Positions 36,712 through 46,201 of a stretch of 64,000 nucleotides of DNA are shown here, piece by piece (position 1 is the first letter of the stretch; the number at the start of each line of letters is the position of its first letter). The stretch comes from Vulcanimicrobiota bacterium. GTDB taxonomy: Bacteria; Vulcanimicrobiota; Xenobia; Xenobiales; JADMJV01. The translations under genes and the position numbers were made by a program. Location: assembly GCA_050250895.1 (NCBI GenBank), contig JBFWNU010000008.1, positions 288,001 to 352,000 of the forward strand. Direction: 5' to 3'. Under the pieces are notes generated by a model. That model did not search any database, had not been told where the DNA came from, and saw only the letters and a list, made by a program, of their open reading frames with translations.

Positions 36712-38516
36712 TCGGAATTCCCGTCAAGATGCTCAACGAGCGCATCGAGACCAAACTCGACCCCGACACGCTGGTCGAGAAGCTGCAGTATCTCGGTTGC
36801 GACGTCGAAGGCTATGCGACTCTACGTCGCTTCGGCTGTGCCAATTGCGACAATCTGATGGAGATCACGCCCACCGAGAATCCGCCGGTGGTCTGCGATG
36901 CCTGCGGTCAAGACTTCAAAGCCGCTCCCGACAAGCTCGAAGAGTTGGGCGAGACCGAGGTCATCCGTATGGAGCTCCTGGCTGTGCGTCCTGACATGTT
37001 CGACCCGGGCGGTCTAGCCCGGGTGCTACGCAACTATCTGGGCGAAAGCGACGTACCGGCTCGCTACGAGCCGGGCACCTCCCGACTGACGGTGACGGTG
37101 GCTAACGAGCTGTCCAGGCCCGAGTCTTATCGTCCTCGCATCGCTTGCGCGGTGGTGCGGGGCGTGACCCTCGACGATGACATCATCAAGGTCATCATGA
37201 AGCTGCAAGAGAACCTGCACTGGGCCCTCGGCCGTGACCGCAAACGCGCCTCCATTGGTGTTTACGACCTCGACACCCTCGAAGGCGACATTCGCTACAC
37301 CAGCATCGGTCCTGAGGAACGCACCTTCGTGCCCCTGGGCACCGATACTCCTCACACCCCCAGGGAAGTGCTCGAGAAGCACCCTAAAGGAGTGGCTTAC
37401 GCCCGCCTGCTCAAGAGCCACCAGCGCTATCCGTTGCTGATCGACTCCCAAGATCAGGTATTGTCGATGCCGCCCATTATCAACTCGGAAGAGACTCGCA
37501 TCACCCGCTCTTCCAAGAACTTCTTCATCGATGTCACCGGAACCGAAGAGCGGATCGTCAACAAGACCCTCAACACCCTGGTCACCAGTCTGCTCGAGCT
37601 TGACCCCAAGGCTCGCCTGGAACAGGTCAAGATCGCTTATCCCGACCAGACGGTGGCCACGCCTGATCTCGCTCCCCAGCAGGTGCGCCTGCGGCCCGAG
37701 CGCGCCGGGCAGACCATTGGGGTCGACCTTGACCGGGCGGGCGTGGTGCAAAAGCTAAAAGCCATGGGCCATGGCGTCGAAGATGGGGGAGAAGAGCTGG
37801 TGGTGTCGGTGCCGGCCTATCGTAACGACATCATGCACGAGATCGACCTGATCGAAGACGTGGCTATCGCTTACGGCTATCACAACATCGTGACCAGCCT
37901 GGTGCCGACCCTGACGGTCGGCAAGGAGCAACCCATCGAGGCTTTTTCGAATATCGTGCGGCGGGCAATGACCGGCATGGGCTATTTCGAAGTGCTGACC
38001 TTGATCTTGTCTAACGAAGAGAACCAGTTCACCCGGCTCGGGCTCGAGCCGGTCGAGGACTATGTCAAGCTCGACAACCCCATCAGCGTCGAGCAGACCA
38101 TGATCCGGCGCAGCCTCCTGCCTGGATTGCTCGACACCTTTGCCGCCAATATCGACCATGAGTTGCCGCAGCGCATCTTCGAGGTGGGCAACGCTAGTCA
38201 GCTCGACGAGGCGGTCGAGACCCGGTCCCGCGAGCGGCGCTTGCTGGCCGGAGCCGCCATCGGCCCTCGCGTCGACTATTCCGAGATTCGCTCCAGTTGC
38301 GAGGCTTTGCTGCGCGAGCTTGGCTATCGACTCGAGGTCGAGCCCCGTTCGGGCGCACCGTTTATTCCCGGCCGTGGGGCCACGGTCATGGCCGTTCGCG
38401 GCGATCAGAAGAGGGTCGTCGGCCAGATGGGCGAGGTGCATCCCGAGGTGCTCGAACAGTACAAGTTGGCCCACCCGGTCTCGTTCTTCGAGGTCGAGCT
38501 CGAACTCCTCAGCTGA
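36702..38516 (+). CDS. pheT: Phenylalanine-tRNA ligase beta subunit, archaeal/eukaryotic type
   Basis: 604 aa; GRDRKRASIGVYDLD, VLSMPPIINS, PAYRNDIMHEIDLIEDVAIAYGY; no OB-fold or FDX-ACB domain. Confidence 0.95.
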   Translation: MPVIGIPVKMLNERIETKLDPDTLVEKLQYLGCDVEGYATLRRFGCANCDNLMEITPTENPPVVCDACGQDFKAAPDKLEELGETEVIRMELLAVRPDMFDPGGLARVLRNYLGESDVPARYEPGTSRLTVTVANELSRPESYRPRIACAVVRGVTLDDDIIKVIMKLQENLHWALGRDRKRASIGVYDLDTLEGDIRYTSIGPEERTFVPLGTDTPHTPREVLEKHPKGVAYARLLKSHQRYPLLIDSQDQVLSMPPIINSEETRITRSSKNFFIDVTGTEERIVNKTLNTLVTSLLELDPKARLEQVKIAYPDQTVATPDLAPQQVRLRPERAGQTIGVDLDRAGVVQKLKAMGHGVEDGGEELVVSVPAYRNDIMHEIDLIEDVAIAYGYHNIVTSLVPTLTVGKEQPIEAFSNIVRRAMTGMGYFEVLTLILSNEENQFTRLGLEPVEDYVKLDNPISVEQTMIRRSLLPGLLDTFAANIDHELPQRIFEVGNASQLDEAVETRSRERRLLAGAAIGPRVDYSEIRSSCEALLRELGYRLEVEPRSGAPFIPGRGATVMAVRGDQKRVVGQMGEVHPEVLEQYKLAHPVSFFEVELELLS

Positions 38517-38570
38517 GATGGGCGGTTTGCAAGGCGGGGCCCGGCCGAGCGAAGCCCCGGCGGTCTCACC

Positions 38571-39021
38571 GAACCCCGCGATTATCGGGGTGAACCCCTG
38601 AAATCGGCCTTCACCCCGCGATTTCTCGGGGTGAACCCCTGAAATCGGCCTTCACCCCGCGATTTCTCGGGGTGAACCCCCGAAATAGACCTTCACCCCG
38701 CGATTCTCGGGGTGAACCCCGCCTCAGACCCGCCAGGCCCGGCACGCCCGGCTCAGCCTGGGCAAGACCGCGGCCCGCCAGCTAGGCCAAACCCCGGCGG
38801 CTTCACACCGCGATTTCTCGGGGTGAACCCCCGAAATCGCCCTTCACCCCGCGATTTCTCGGGGTGAACCCCCGAAATCGCCCTTCACCCCGCGATTCTC
38901 GGGGTGAACCCCCGCCGCCGCCAGCCCAGCCAGCCCAAGCCAGTCCAGCCAGCCGGACGGGTGAACCCCGCCGCAGACCCGCCAGACCCGGCACGCCCAG
39001 CTCAGCCTGGGCAAGACCGCG
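38571..39021. repeat. Tandem palindromic repeat array (41-bp period; REP/BIME-like)
   Basis: TTCACCCCGCGATTTCTCGGGGTGAA units at 38610, 38651, 38692, 38802, 38843 and 38884, a degenerate unit at 38571 and a half unit at 38959; 56-bp segment duplicated at 38717 and 38966. Confidence 0.92.
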
Positions 39022-39242
39022 TCTCGCCCGGCCCGCACGCAGACCCCCCAGGCCCAGCAGACCCGGCAGGCCCGCCAACTGGAGGAGCCCCAGGTCCGGC
39101 CAGCCCGGCCCAAGGCCCTGGGTTTGGCCGCTGGCTTGGTCAACTGGGGCACTAGCGCGGCACTCTCGATATGCCTCGCCGCGGTCGAATAGCCCAGGAC
39201 AATCATGCAATGCATCGAACCTGAGATAGGGGAGGTTCGCCT

Positions 39243-41525
39243 ATGACTCGCAAAGGCATTGCTCTCGTCTATGTCCTGATGATTTGCGCCGTGCTCACGG
39301 CCTTTTTGGGAGCGCTCTTCGTGAGGGTCAGCCAATCGCTCCAGATGGCTACCTTCAACCAGGACCATGTGCGCGCTTCCCACGTGTCTCAGTTGGGGCT
39401 CGACCTGGCTTTCGTGTTGATGCGCGATGTCAATGCCGAGTGGTTCAAGTCGCTCCCTAGCTCGGTCGAGAATACCGATCCCTACTTCAATGACGAGTTC
39501 ACCGATGAAACCATCGGCGGCCACTTCACCCTCCAGTTCAAGGACCCCGACGAGGTCCCGGGCGCCAACCTGGCCTTGCCCAATGAGGGTACCTATAAGA
39601 TTCTGGTGAGCACTGGGCGGGCGGGGCGCAGCACGGTGCGCTCGTTCGCCTACGTCAAGGTGACCAATCCTATCGTCAATTTTCTGATGGTCTCGCAGAA
39701 TGTGAAGATCGGGCCCGAGGTGGATGTGGATGGACCCATGTTCATCAACGGAGACGCTCGCGTGATGCATGCCGGTCGCAACCCCGGAACGCCGGTCGGC
39801 ATCTCGGGCTACTGGGGCGGCGATTTGAGCCTGGCCGGCGAGATTCACGCCACGGGAGACATCTACATTCGCAACTTTGATTCGGCCGTCACGCCCCTGA
39901 TTGCGCCGGTTACCCTCGAAGGAGAATACCCGGCCAAGACTTTCCAGCATCTGGATATGGACCCACCGGTCGGCATTCCCGGGCAGATCCATATCCAGGC
40001 GGGATTCTGCGCCGACCCGCAAGCGGATTTTGCCGTCCATAGCCCGACCATGCGCGAGTTGCTCACCAACTATCAGCTCGAAGCCACGCACATGACCCAC
40101 TCCGATACGGTGGAGGTTCCAGCGGAAGGTCTGCTGCTCGAGTTTGACGGCGGCAAAGCCGTTTGTACACCGGTGAAGACCCGAGAGGTCGGCAAGCTGT
40201 TCGACCGGGGAGCGGTGCTTGACGCCTACGGCGTGGGCCACACCGGTCCGTATCCCTACGATGGCAACCTGATGACTTATATGGCCGAAGACGAATACCC
40301 CGGCAACGGCTTGAACCATTTGCTGGACGAAGTCGCCTGGGACGATCCCCAGTTCGCCAACGAGACCTACCCTGTCGCTCTACAGTCGGGCACCTTCTCG
40401 GGGCCGTCCGGTTCGATCACTTTTCCCACTGCCACCGAAGGGGACGCTTTTCCCGTCTATCGTATCGTCCGGGATAACGACCCCCTGGCCAGCCAGACCG
40501 TCACGATCAATACGTCGGGCGACGGAGACGATTGGCACTTTATCATCCTTCACCCCAAGACTGGCTATCAGCACGATATGCTCAACTACGACCCCGACGA
40601 TCCCGGCCTGCCCAGCCCGATGAAGGCCTTTCCGCCGGTTTATGTCAGGGGAATCCTGGATGGTCGCGTGGTTTTGATCTACGATGTTCCCAACTCTCTG
40701 TGGGATCCGCTCACGGACGAGTTGCCAGCGGCGGAAGCGGCCTGGAACGGCTACCCGGGCTTGCACCTTTACGTCCTCGCCCAACACGAGATGAGCGACG
40801 ACAGCCCCTCGAACCACCTCTCGCGGCCAATCCCCGGCGGCATCCACTACGCCAATAAGCAGATCAAATCGAGCCCCGGCCCCGATCCCGCCACCTTCAC
40901 CAACGATGGCCTGATTATGGTCAGCCGGGGCACCCTGGGAGCCTTCGGCACCCACGGCCACTTTTTTTCGCATCTCTATCGGGGCGAGACGCTCTACAAC
41001 TATCGCAAGGCCCTCTGGGAGGCTGACGCGGACATGGTGACCCGCTACGGCGGCGGAACCTGGGATCAGGACTTTCGCATCGTCGGGTCGACCAACACCT
41101 GGTTCAACCAGCAGGCGGTGGCCACAATCTATGGGGTGGGCGTGTCCAACTGGACGCTCAACAACTTCTTTCGCCCCCATTACGCCGATCCGAGCGCTAC
41201 CCAACTGGTGGCCAAGACCCATCCTCAGTTTGCCCATACCTGGGATGACGTCTGGCGCTGGAACGCCCTCAACCTGTCCTCCACCCCCCCGGGGGTGAAC
41301 ACCACCAAGTGTCCTCTGGTGGCCAGCATCATGCGGCGGGCCCGCATCGACGAGGCCTGGAAGTGGCGCGTGCGAGGCAGCCTGCACAGTCTCAACACCG
41401 AGGTGGGCCTGGCCGGGGAGCTTGACTTTGATTACTCGTTTCAAGAGTTGACCGACGACCAGATCAAGGAGCAGTTGCATCTGCCGCTGGGGCCGATCCT
41501 GTTGCGCAAGATGGGCACTCCGTGA
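39243..41525 (+). CDS. Large PilX/GspK-like pilus-tip protein (second cluster)
   Basis: RKG|IALVYVL prepilin without Glu+5; ILVSTGRAG PilX-like strand; GGAGG SD. Confidence 0.75.
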   Translation: MTRKGIALVYVLMICAVLTAFLGALFVRVSQSLQMATFNQDHVRASHVSQLGLDLAFVLMRDVNAEWFKSLPSSVENTDPYFNDEFTDETIGGHFTLQFKDPDEVPGANLALPNEGTYKILVSTGRAGRSTVRSFAYVKVTNPIVNFLMVSQNVKIGPEVDVDGPMFINGDARVMHAGRNPGTPVGISGYWGGDLSLAGEIHATGDIYIRNFDSAVTPLIAPVTLEGEYPAKTFQHLDMDPPVGIPGQIHIQAGFCADPQADFAVHSPTMRELLTNYQLEATHMTHSDTVEVPAEGLLLEFDGGKAVCTPVKTREVGKLFDRGAVLDAYGVGHTGPYPYDGNLMTYMAEDEYPGNGLNHLLDEVAWDDPQFANETYPVALQSGTFSGPSGSITFPTATEGDAFPVYRIVRDNDPLASQTVTINTSGDGDDWHFIILHPKTGYQHDMLNYDPDDPGLPSPMKAFPPVYVRGILDGRVVLIYDVPNSLWDPLTDELPAAEAAWNGYPGLHLYVLAQHEMSDDSPSNHLSRPIPGGIHYANKQIKSSPGPDPATFTNDGLIMVSRGTLGAFGTHGHFFSHLYRGETLYNYRKALWEADADMVTRYGGGTWDQDFRIVGSTNTWFNQQAVATIYGVGVSNWTLNNFFRPHYADPSATQLVAKTHPQFAHTWDDVWRWNALNLSSTPPGVNTTKCPLVASIMRRARIDEAWKWRVRGSLHSLNTEVGLAGELDFDYSFQELTDDQIKEQLHLPLGPILLRKMGTP

Positions 41526-41956
41526 GGCGCCGACGAGCCCTGACCCTCATCGAGGTGGTGATCTCCCTGGGCATTCTGGCTCTGGTGGTGGGCTCGGTGG
41601 TGCTGGTCTATTCGGGCCTCCTGGCGGCCACTCGCACCGCCGACAACAATCAAGAGGCGGTGGCCGCCCTGACCACGGTTTGTGACGTGTGGAAGATTCG
41701 GCTGCGCGAAGATTGGCCCGTCGATCCGCCTCCCGACCCCGGTCTGCTCACGTATCCGGGGCAGTTGCGCGACTTCACCTACCAGGTCGACGACTACGGG
41801 CGAGTCAACAGCCCCGAAGCCGACAGCTTTCCCGACGGCGACGCCCGCCAGTATCTCAACCTCAAGCGGGTCGTGGTCATCCTGAAATTCCAGGATGAGA
41901 CGGTCACCCCGCCGCGGGAGCGGACTTTATCTACCATCTTTTATGTCGGTCACTGA
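41522..41956 (+). CDS. Type IV minor pilin (PilV-like)
   Basis: RRRRA|LTLIEVVISLGIL. Confidence 0.85.
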   Translation: MRRRRALTLIEVVISLGILALVVGSVVLVYSGLLAATRTADNNQEAVAALTTVCDVWKIRLREDWPVDPPPDPGLLTYPGQLRDFTYQVDDYGRVNSPEADSFPDGDARQYLNLKRVVVILKFQDETVTPPRERTLSTIFYVGH

Positions 41957-42497
41957 TTCCAAGCGAGGCTTGACCCTGATCGAGTTGCTGATTTCGGCCA
42001 GCATCCTGTTGTTGATCACGACCATGGTCTTTCTGGTGATGGTGCCTTTGATGCGCCAGGCCCAGCCGGGCGATGACAAGCAAGAGAACATCCAGCGTTT
42101 GATCTTCTTGCGACGCTACCTGGATACACGCCTCAACGGCGCCCGGGTGCTGGCGGTGGACACCTACGGCCTCGACTATTACGTGCCCGAGCGGGTGGAT
42201 ACCGACCTGGGCCGCCTGGACGCTCTCACCCATGCCGACATGGTGCGTTGGGACTATAGCGTTCGCTATCGCGTCACGACGGTAGACCGGGGCGGGGACA
42301 TGGTCGTGGTCGACGGCCCGGAACTAGCCCCCGAGACGGGTCGCTCGATTTGGAACCTGGGCCCCGGCGGAGAATTGACCTTCGAACCCAAGCTGCCCCT
42401 GGTCACTCTCACCGCCCGCAGCCTGAAGGGTCAGTATGGCGGCGGGATCTGGCAACGCCAGGTAGATATCGTGATCAAGCACTATTCGCCGGACTGA
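41943..42497 (+). CDS. Type IV minor pilin (PilW-like)
   Basis: SKRG|LTLIELLISASILL; start set at ATG 41943. Confidence 0.85.
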   Translation: MSVTDSKRGLTLIELLISASILLLITTMVFLVMVPLMRQAQPGDDKQENIQRLIFLRRYLDTRLNGARVLAVDTYGLDYYVPERVDTDLGRLDALTHADMVRWDYSVRYRVTTVDRGGDMVVVDGPELAPETGRSIWNLGPGGELTFEPKLPLVTLTARSLKGQYGGGIWQRQVDIVIKHYSPD

Positions 42498-43717
42498 TGC
42501 CGACCTATTCGTTTCAGGCTAAAGACCGCTCCGGTGCGCGGGTGGCGGGACGGGTCATCGAGGCCGATGAAGCCCAGGCCCGGGCCCGCCTCGAAAAGAC
42601 TCGTCCCGACCTTTGCGAACTGGTGGTGCGTCGCGATTATGCGGCCGTGCCGGGCGAGTTGGCCAATCTGGTGCGTCCCGTTCCCGGGACCGAGGTCGCC
42701 ACCTTCCTCCGCCAACTCTGGCTCATGTTCCGAGCCGGAGTCCAGCTGACCCGGGCCATCGCCATCCTGCGCGACGGGTATCCTAACCATCGCCTTCGCG
42801 AGGCTCTCTATGAGGTCGATCGAAATCTCCAGGAAGGGCACGCTCTCTCGCAAGCCATGAGCCGGTTTCCGGGAATCTTTCCCGGAGAAATCTGTGGTCT
42901 GGTCAAGGTTGGGGAGGCCACCGGTCAGATGGAGGATGTGCTGGACTTTGCCGCGCGTTTGATGGAAGAGAACGACCAGCGCCTGCGGCGAGTCAAGAGC
43001 GCGCTCACCTATCCGACTTTCATCCTGATTGTCTCGGTGTTGATGTGTGGCTCGCTGTTGCTATTCTTCGTCCCTCGCATGGCCGACGTGATGCGAATGA
43101 TTCCCGGCGAGATGTCGACTCCGGTGCTGGTCTTGCTGACCCTGTCAAGCTTTCTCTCCAATCGGGTGGTGGTGTTCACCATTTGCCTGAGCACCCTGTT
43201 GGGTCTGGTGGGAGCCTGGTTGTGGAGTCAGACGGCCCGGGGCAAGCGCTGGTGGGACGGTTTCTTGTTGACCTTTCCCATCACTCGACCCCTGATTCGC
43301 CATCTCTCCATGGCCAGGGTCGCCTTCGGGCTGCACCTGATGGTTGGCTGCGGCCTCAGTCTGACCCAATCGCTCACCCTGATCACCGAGGGAATGCCCA
43401 GTTACCGCGTGAGCGAGGCTCTCGGTCGGGTCCGGGAGCGGGTGGTCGAAGGCGAGGGGCTGGGGGTTTCGATGGCTGACGAACCTCTCTTTGGGCAGGC
43501 CGTGCTGGTGCAGATGGTCGAGGTGGCCGAAGAATCATCTTCGCTGGACACGCTGATGCATCGGGCCTATCTCTTCCACCGCGATCAGCTCGAGAGCAGT
43601 CTCGATACCCTGACGGCCCTGGTCGAGCCGATCATCATGGCTGGTATGGGGCTGGTGGTGGGGGGAATGGTGATCACCTTCATGCTACCCCTGGTTCGGC
43701 TGGTGCAGACCCTTTGA
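42497..43717 (+). CDS. pilC: PilC/GspF inner-membrane platform protein
   Basis: MPTYSFQAKD, FLRQL..MFRAGV, VGEATG, SALTYP, LVEPIIM. Confidence 0.92.
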   Translation: MPTYSFQAKDRSGARVAGRVIEADEAQARARLEKTRPDLCELVVRRDYAAVPGELANLVRPVPGTEVATFLRQLWLMFRAGVQLTRAIAILRDGYPNHRLREALYEVDRNLQEGHALSQAMSRFPGIFPGEICGLVKVGEATGQMEDVLDFAARLMEENDQRLRRVKSALTYPTFILIVSVLMCGSLLLFFVPRMADVMRMIPGEMSTPVLVLLTLSSFLSNRVVVFTICLSTLLGLVGAWLWSQTARGKRWWDGFLLTFPITRPLIRHLSMARVAFGLHLMVGCGLSLTQSLTLITEGMPSYRVSEALGRVRERVVEGEGLGVSMADEPLFGQAVLVQMVEVAEESSSLDTLMHRAYLFHRDQLESSLDTLTALVEPIIMAGMGLVVGGMVITFMLPLVRLVQTL

Positions 43718-44190
43718 GAGCGCTCCTCGTGTGCCTGCTTTGGCTGGCCGGTTCGGGGCTGGCGGTGGCTCAGCGGTCCGGCTCGGTCCTGGCTCCGGAA
43801 CCGGGGCGCAAGATGCCCCCGCTGGTGGGACAATCGGCCCGCACTGCTGGCTATAAACTCGAGGGCTTTCGGGTCCGACTCGTCGAGGTGCAGGTCGATC
43901 GCGGTGAGGGCAAGATTTTGTTCCAAAATCCGGCTCCCGGGTCTCCCCTGACCCGGGACCGTGAAATCGTTCTGCACGTGGGGGTCGCTCGCCAGCAAGT
44001 CTTGTTGCCCGACTATGAAAGCGAGGCCAGAGTGCCCAGGCATCCGCCCTCCAAATGGACCGGTCCCCTGTGCCTGCTCGTCTTGCTAGCCTTTAGCGTG
44101 GGGCTGGTGCAGATGGTGCGGCGCTGGCGGCCCGAAGACTGGGAGGCGGTGGAGAGCCCTCGGGTCGAACTCGACGAGAAGTCGGGCTAG
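43714..44190 (+). CDS. Exported PASTA-domain protein with C-terminal membrane anchor
   Basis: MPPLVGQS…GKILFQNPAPGS…IVLHV; signal peptide; C-terminal TM. Confidence 0.7.
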   Translation: MRALLVCLLWLAGSGLAVAQRSGSVLAPEPGRKMPPLVGQSARTAGYKLEGFRVRLVEVQVDRGEGKILFQNPAPGSPLTRDREIVLHVGVARQQVLLPDYESEARVPRHPPSKWTGPLCLLVLLAFSVGLVQMVRRWRPEDWEAVESPRVELDEKSG

Positions 44191-46172
44191 GCGAAGAGTC
44201 GGTCCAGGGTTGAAGTCAGATCTTCGAGTTGGCCATAGGCCGAGAACAGCATCGAGCCGTAGGCCGCTGCCGTTTGCAGGGCCAGGTCGTAGCCGGCGAT
44301 GTAACAGTAGTAGTAGGTGGACTTGTTCTTGCCGTAGCCAGTGGTTCGTTGGCCGGACTGGGCCTTGAGCGCGGCCACTCGCTCGGCCAATTCTTTCGCG
44401 TAGTAATAGGCTCTGAGTTCGGTCGTCTCGGTCACGGCTTGCTCGAACTCCTGATAGGCCTTGTCTCGGAGGTAGGTCTGGCGCTCTCTGAGCGTGTCAA
44501 CCTGGCTCGCTTCTGCGCTAACCGCCTTCTCGGCTTCGCTCTGAGTGAAGATGTTGAGCTTGTCCCAGGTGCTGACCTGACGTTGGGCACTTTGGAGTTT
44601 TCTCTGGCCCTGCTGGATGGATTCGTCGAGAGCGGCCGCTTGCGCTTGCAGGTCCTTGACCCGTTGGCCCACCCGCTGGGCCAGATAGCCAACGGCTTTG
44701 CCCGGCTTGAAGGGGCCGTCATAGGGCTCGGCCGAGTTCATGTGATACATCAGCGTGCGAAGTTCGCCGGGCAGGTTCTCGGCTTCGAAGGGGCCGGCCA
44801 CGCGTTGATACATCTCGTCGGCGGCGGCCACTGCCGCAGCCTTGTTCCGCAGCGGGCAGTTGCGACGAATGGAAGTCTCTCCCTTGGGAGTCGAAACCGA
44901 CTGTAGGGCCGCCCGGGCCACCAGGAAGTCATCTTGAAGTCGGTAGCCGGGGTCGAGGCGGCGCTCGCCCCGGGCCAGCGCCAGGAACTCGTCCCAACGA
45001 GTCCGCATGACGACTCGCTGGGACGCGGTGGCCTGTTCGAAAACGCCCTCGAGGGCTTCGTCGGGAGTGTCAGACCAGAAGACCAGACGGTCGATCAGCT
45101 TGATGCGCGAACGGATGGCTTCGAGGGCCAGCTGCAGGCCGACTAGAGCCTGGGTAGCCACGATGACTTCGTCCAACGGAGTCTGCAGGTCTACGGTGAA
45201 GGGGCTGAGGCCACGGACCGGCTCCGGGGCAGGTTGCTGGAGCAATTCAGAAGGAAAGGGCACCTCGGGATAGCTGGCCTGGAACGCCTCGAGCAGCTGT
45301 CGGTGCAGCGCCACCACCAGCGTCGAGAGAGTAATCCCTCCTCGACTCAGAGCGTTGCCGCGTTCGTCGAGCCGATAGGCCACGGCCACCTGGCACTCGG
45401 CTAGCGCCGCTTCCAAGAGCAAGAACGAGCAATAGACCCGCAGGGCCGGGTCGGCGCTCATGGCCTGCACCAGCAGTCCGTGCACCTCGGCCAGAGCCTG
45501 ATTGCGATTCTCGATCAACTCTGGTTTGGGTTGACCCTGGGCAAATTCTTGTTCCAGCCAGATCAGGTGCGAGGCGTGCGAGCTGAAATCGAGGGCGGCC
45601 AGGCGGCGAGCCACAGCCTGGATGAGCCCGTCGTGACTGTCGGAGGCCAATTTGGGGTTCTCCAGGTGGTCGGTCACTCGCGCCACCAGAGCGTGCAGGT
45701 CTAGACCCGGCAGAACGCTCTCGCGAAAGCTCTGCCGGATGGCCTCGAGGTCGGCTCGCACCCGGGCCTGCAGCTTTTCTCTACGGTGGCGCTGGGCCGC
45801 GGCTTGCTGGCCCAGGCGGGGCAGGTCAGGGTCGTCCAGCAGCAGATTCAAGTGGTCACGCCAGCTTTCGAGACGAGTGCTCACGCCAAAGAGAGGGAAT
45901 TCCCGGGCTGCCTCGCGCACGAACTCATGGATGGTGCGCTCAAGGTCTCGCCGTTGCTGGCGCAGTTCCTCTAGTTCGGCCTTGACCTCTTGCTCTCGGG
46001 CTTCGTCGGGGCTGTCCACAAAGAAGATCAGTCGGTCGTGAAAGGGGATTCGCTGGGTCAGTTCTTGCAGTTCGCGCTCGAGACGGGGAATTCGACGGCC
46101 GTCCTCGGCCTGCTGGCGCCAGGCCGCCTCGGTCTGTTTGGAGAGGCGTTGCTTGAGAATTTCTCGCATCAT
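44187..46172 (-). CDS. Hypothetical helical protein with three internal repeats
   Basis: 661-aa ORF; motif [IV]xxxD[RK]LxF…S/T.xE occurs three times. Confidence 0.8.
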   Translation of the reverse strand: MMREILKQRLSKQTEAAWRQQAEDGRRIPRLERELQELTQRIPFHDRLIFFVDSPDEAREQEVKAELEELRQQRRDLERTIHEFVREAAREFPLFGVSTRLESWRDHLNLLLDDPDLPRLGQQAAAQRHRREKLQARVRADLEAIRQSFRESVLPGLDLHALVARVTDHLENPKLASDSHDGLIQAVARRLAALDFSSHASHLIWLEQEFAQGQPKPELIENRNQALAEVHGLLVQAMSADPALRVYCSFLLLEAALAECQVAVAYRLDERGNALSRGGITLSTLVVALHRQLLEAFQASYPEVPFPSELLQQPAPEPVRGLSPFTVDLQTPLDEVIVATQALVGLQLALEAIRSRIKLIDRLVFWSDTPDEALEGVFEQATASQRVVMRTRWDEFLALARGERRLDPGYRLQDDFLVARAALQSVSTPKGETSIRRNCPLRNKAAAVAAADEMYQRVAGPFEAENLPGELRTLMYHMNSAEPYDGPFKPGKAVGYLAQRVGQRVKDLQAQAAALDESIQQGQRKLQSAQRQVSTWDKLNIFTQSEAEKAVSAEASQVDTLRERQTYLRDKAYQEFEQAVTETTELRAYYYAKELAERVAALKAQSGQRTTGYGKNKSTYYYCYIAGYDLALQTAAAYGSMLFSAYGQLEDLTSTLDRLFA

Positions 46173-46201
46173 TAGCGGCTTCTGGGTCGAATTGGTCGTT
46201 C

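Noticed and set aside
38571-39021. CRISPR array
   Set aside because: Linkers are only 15 bp and near-identical, and there are no cas genes in the window.
38803-39229. Pro/Arg-rich ORFs across the repeat region
   Set aside because: They are translations of the DNA repeats; the 41-bp period breaks frame.
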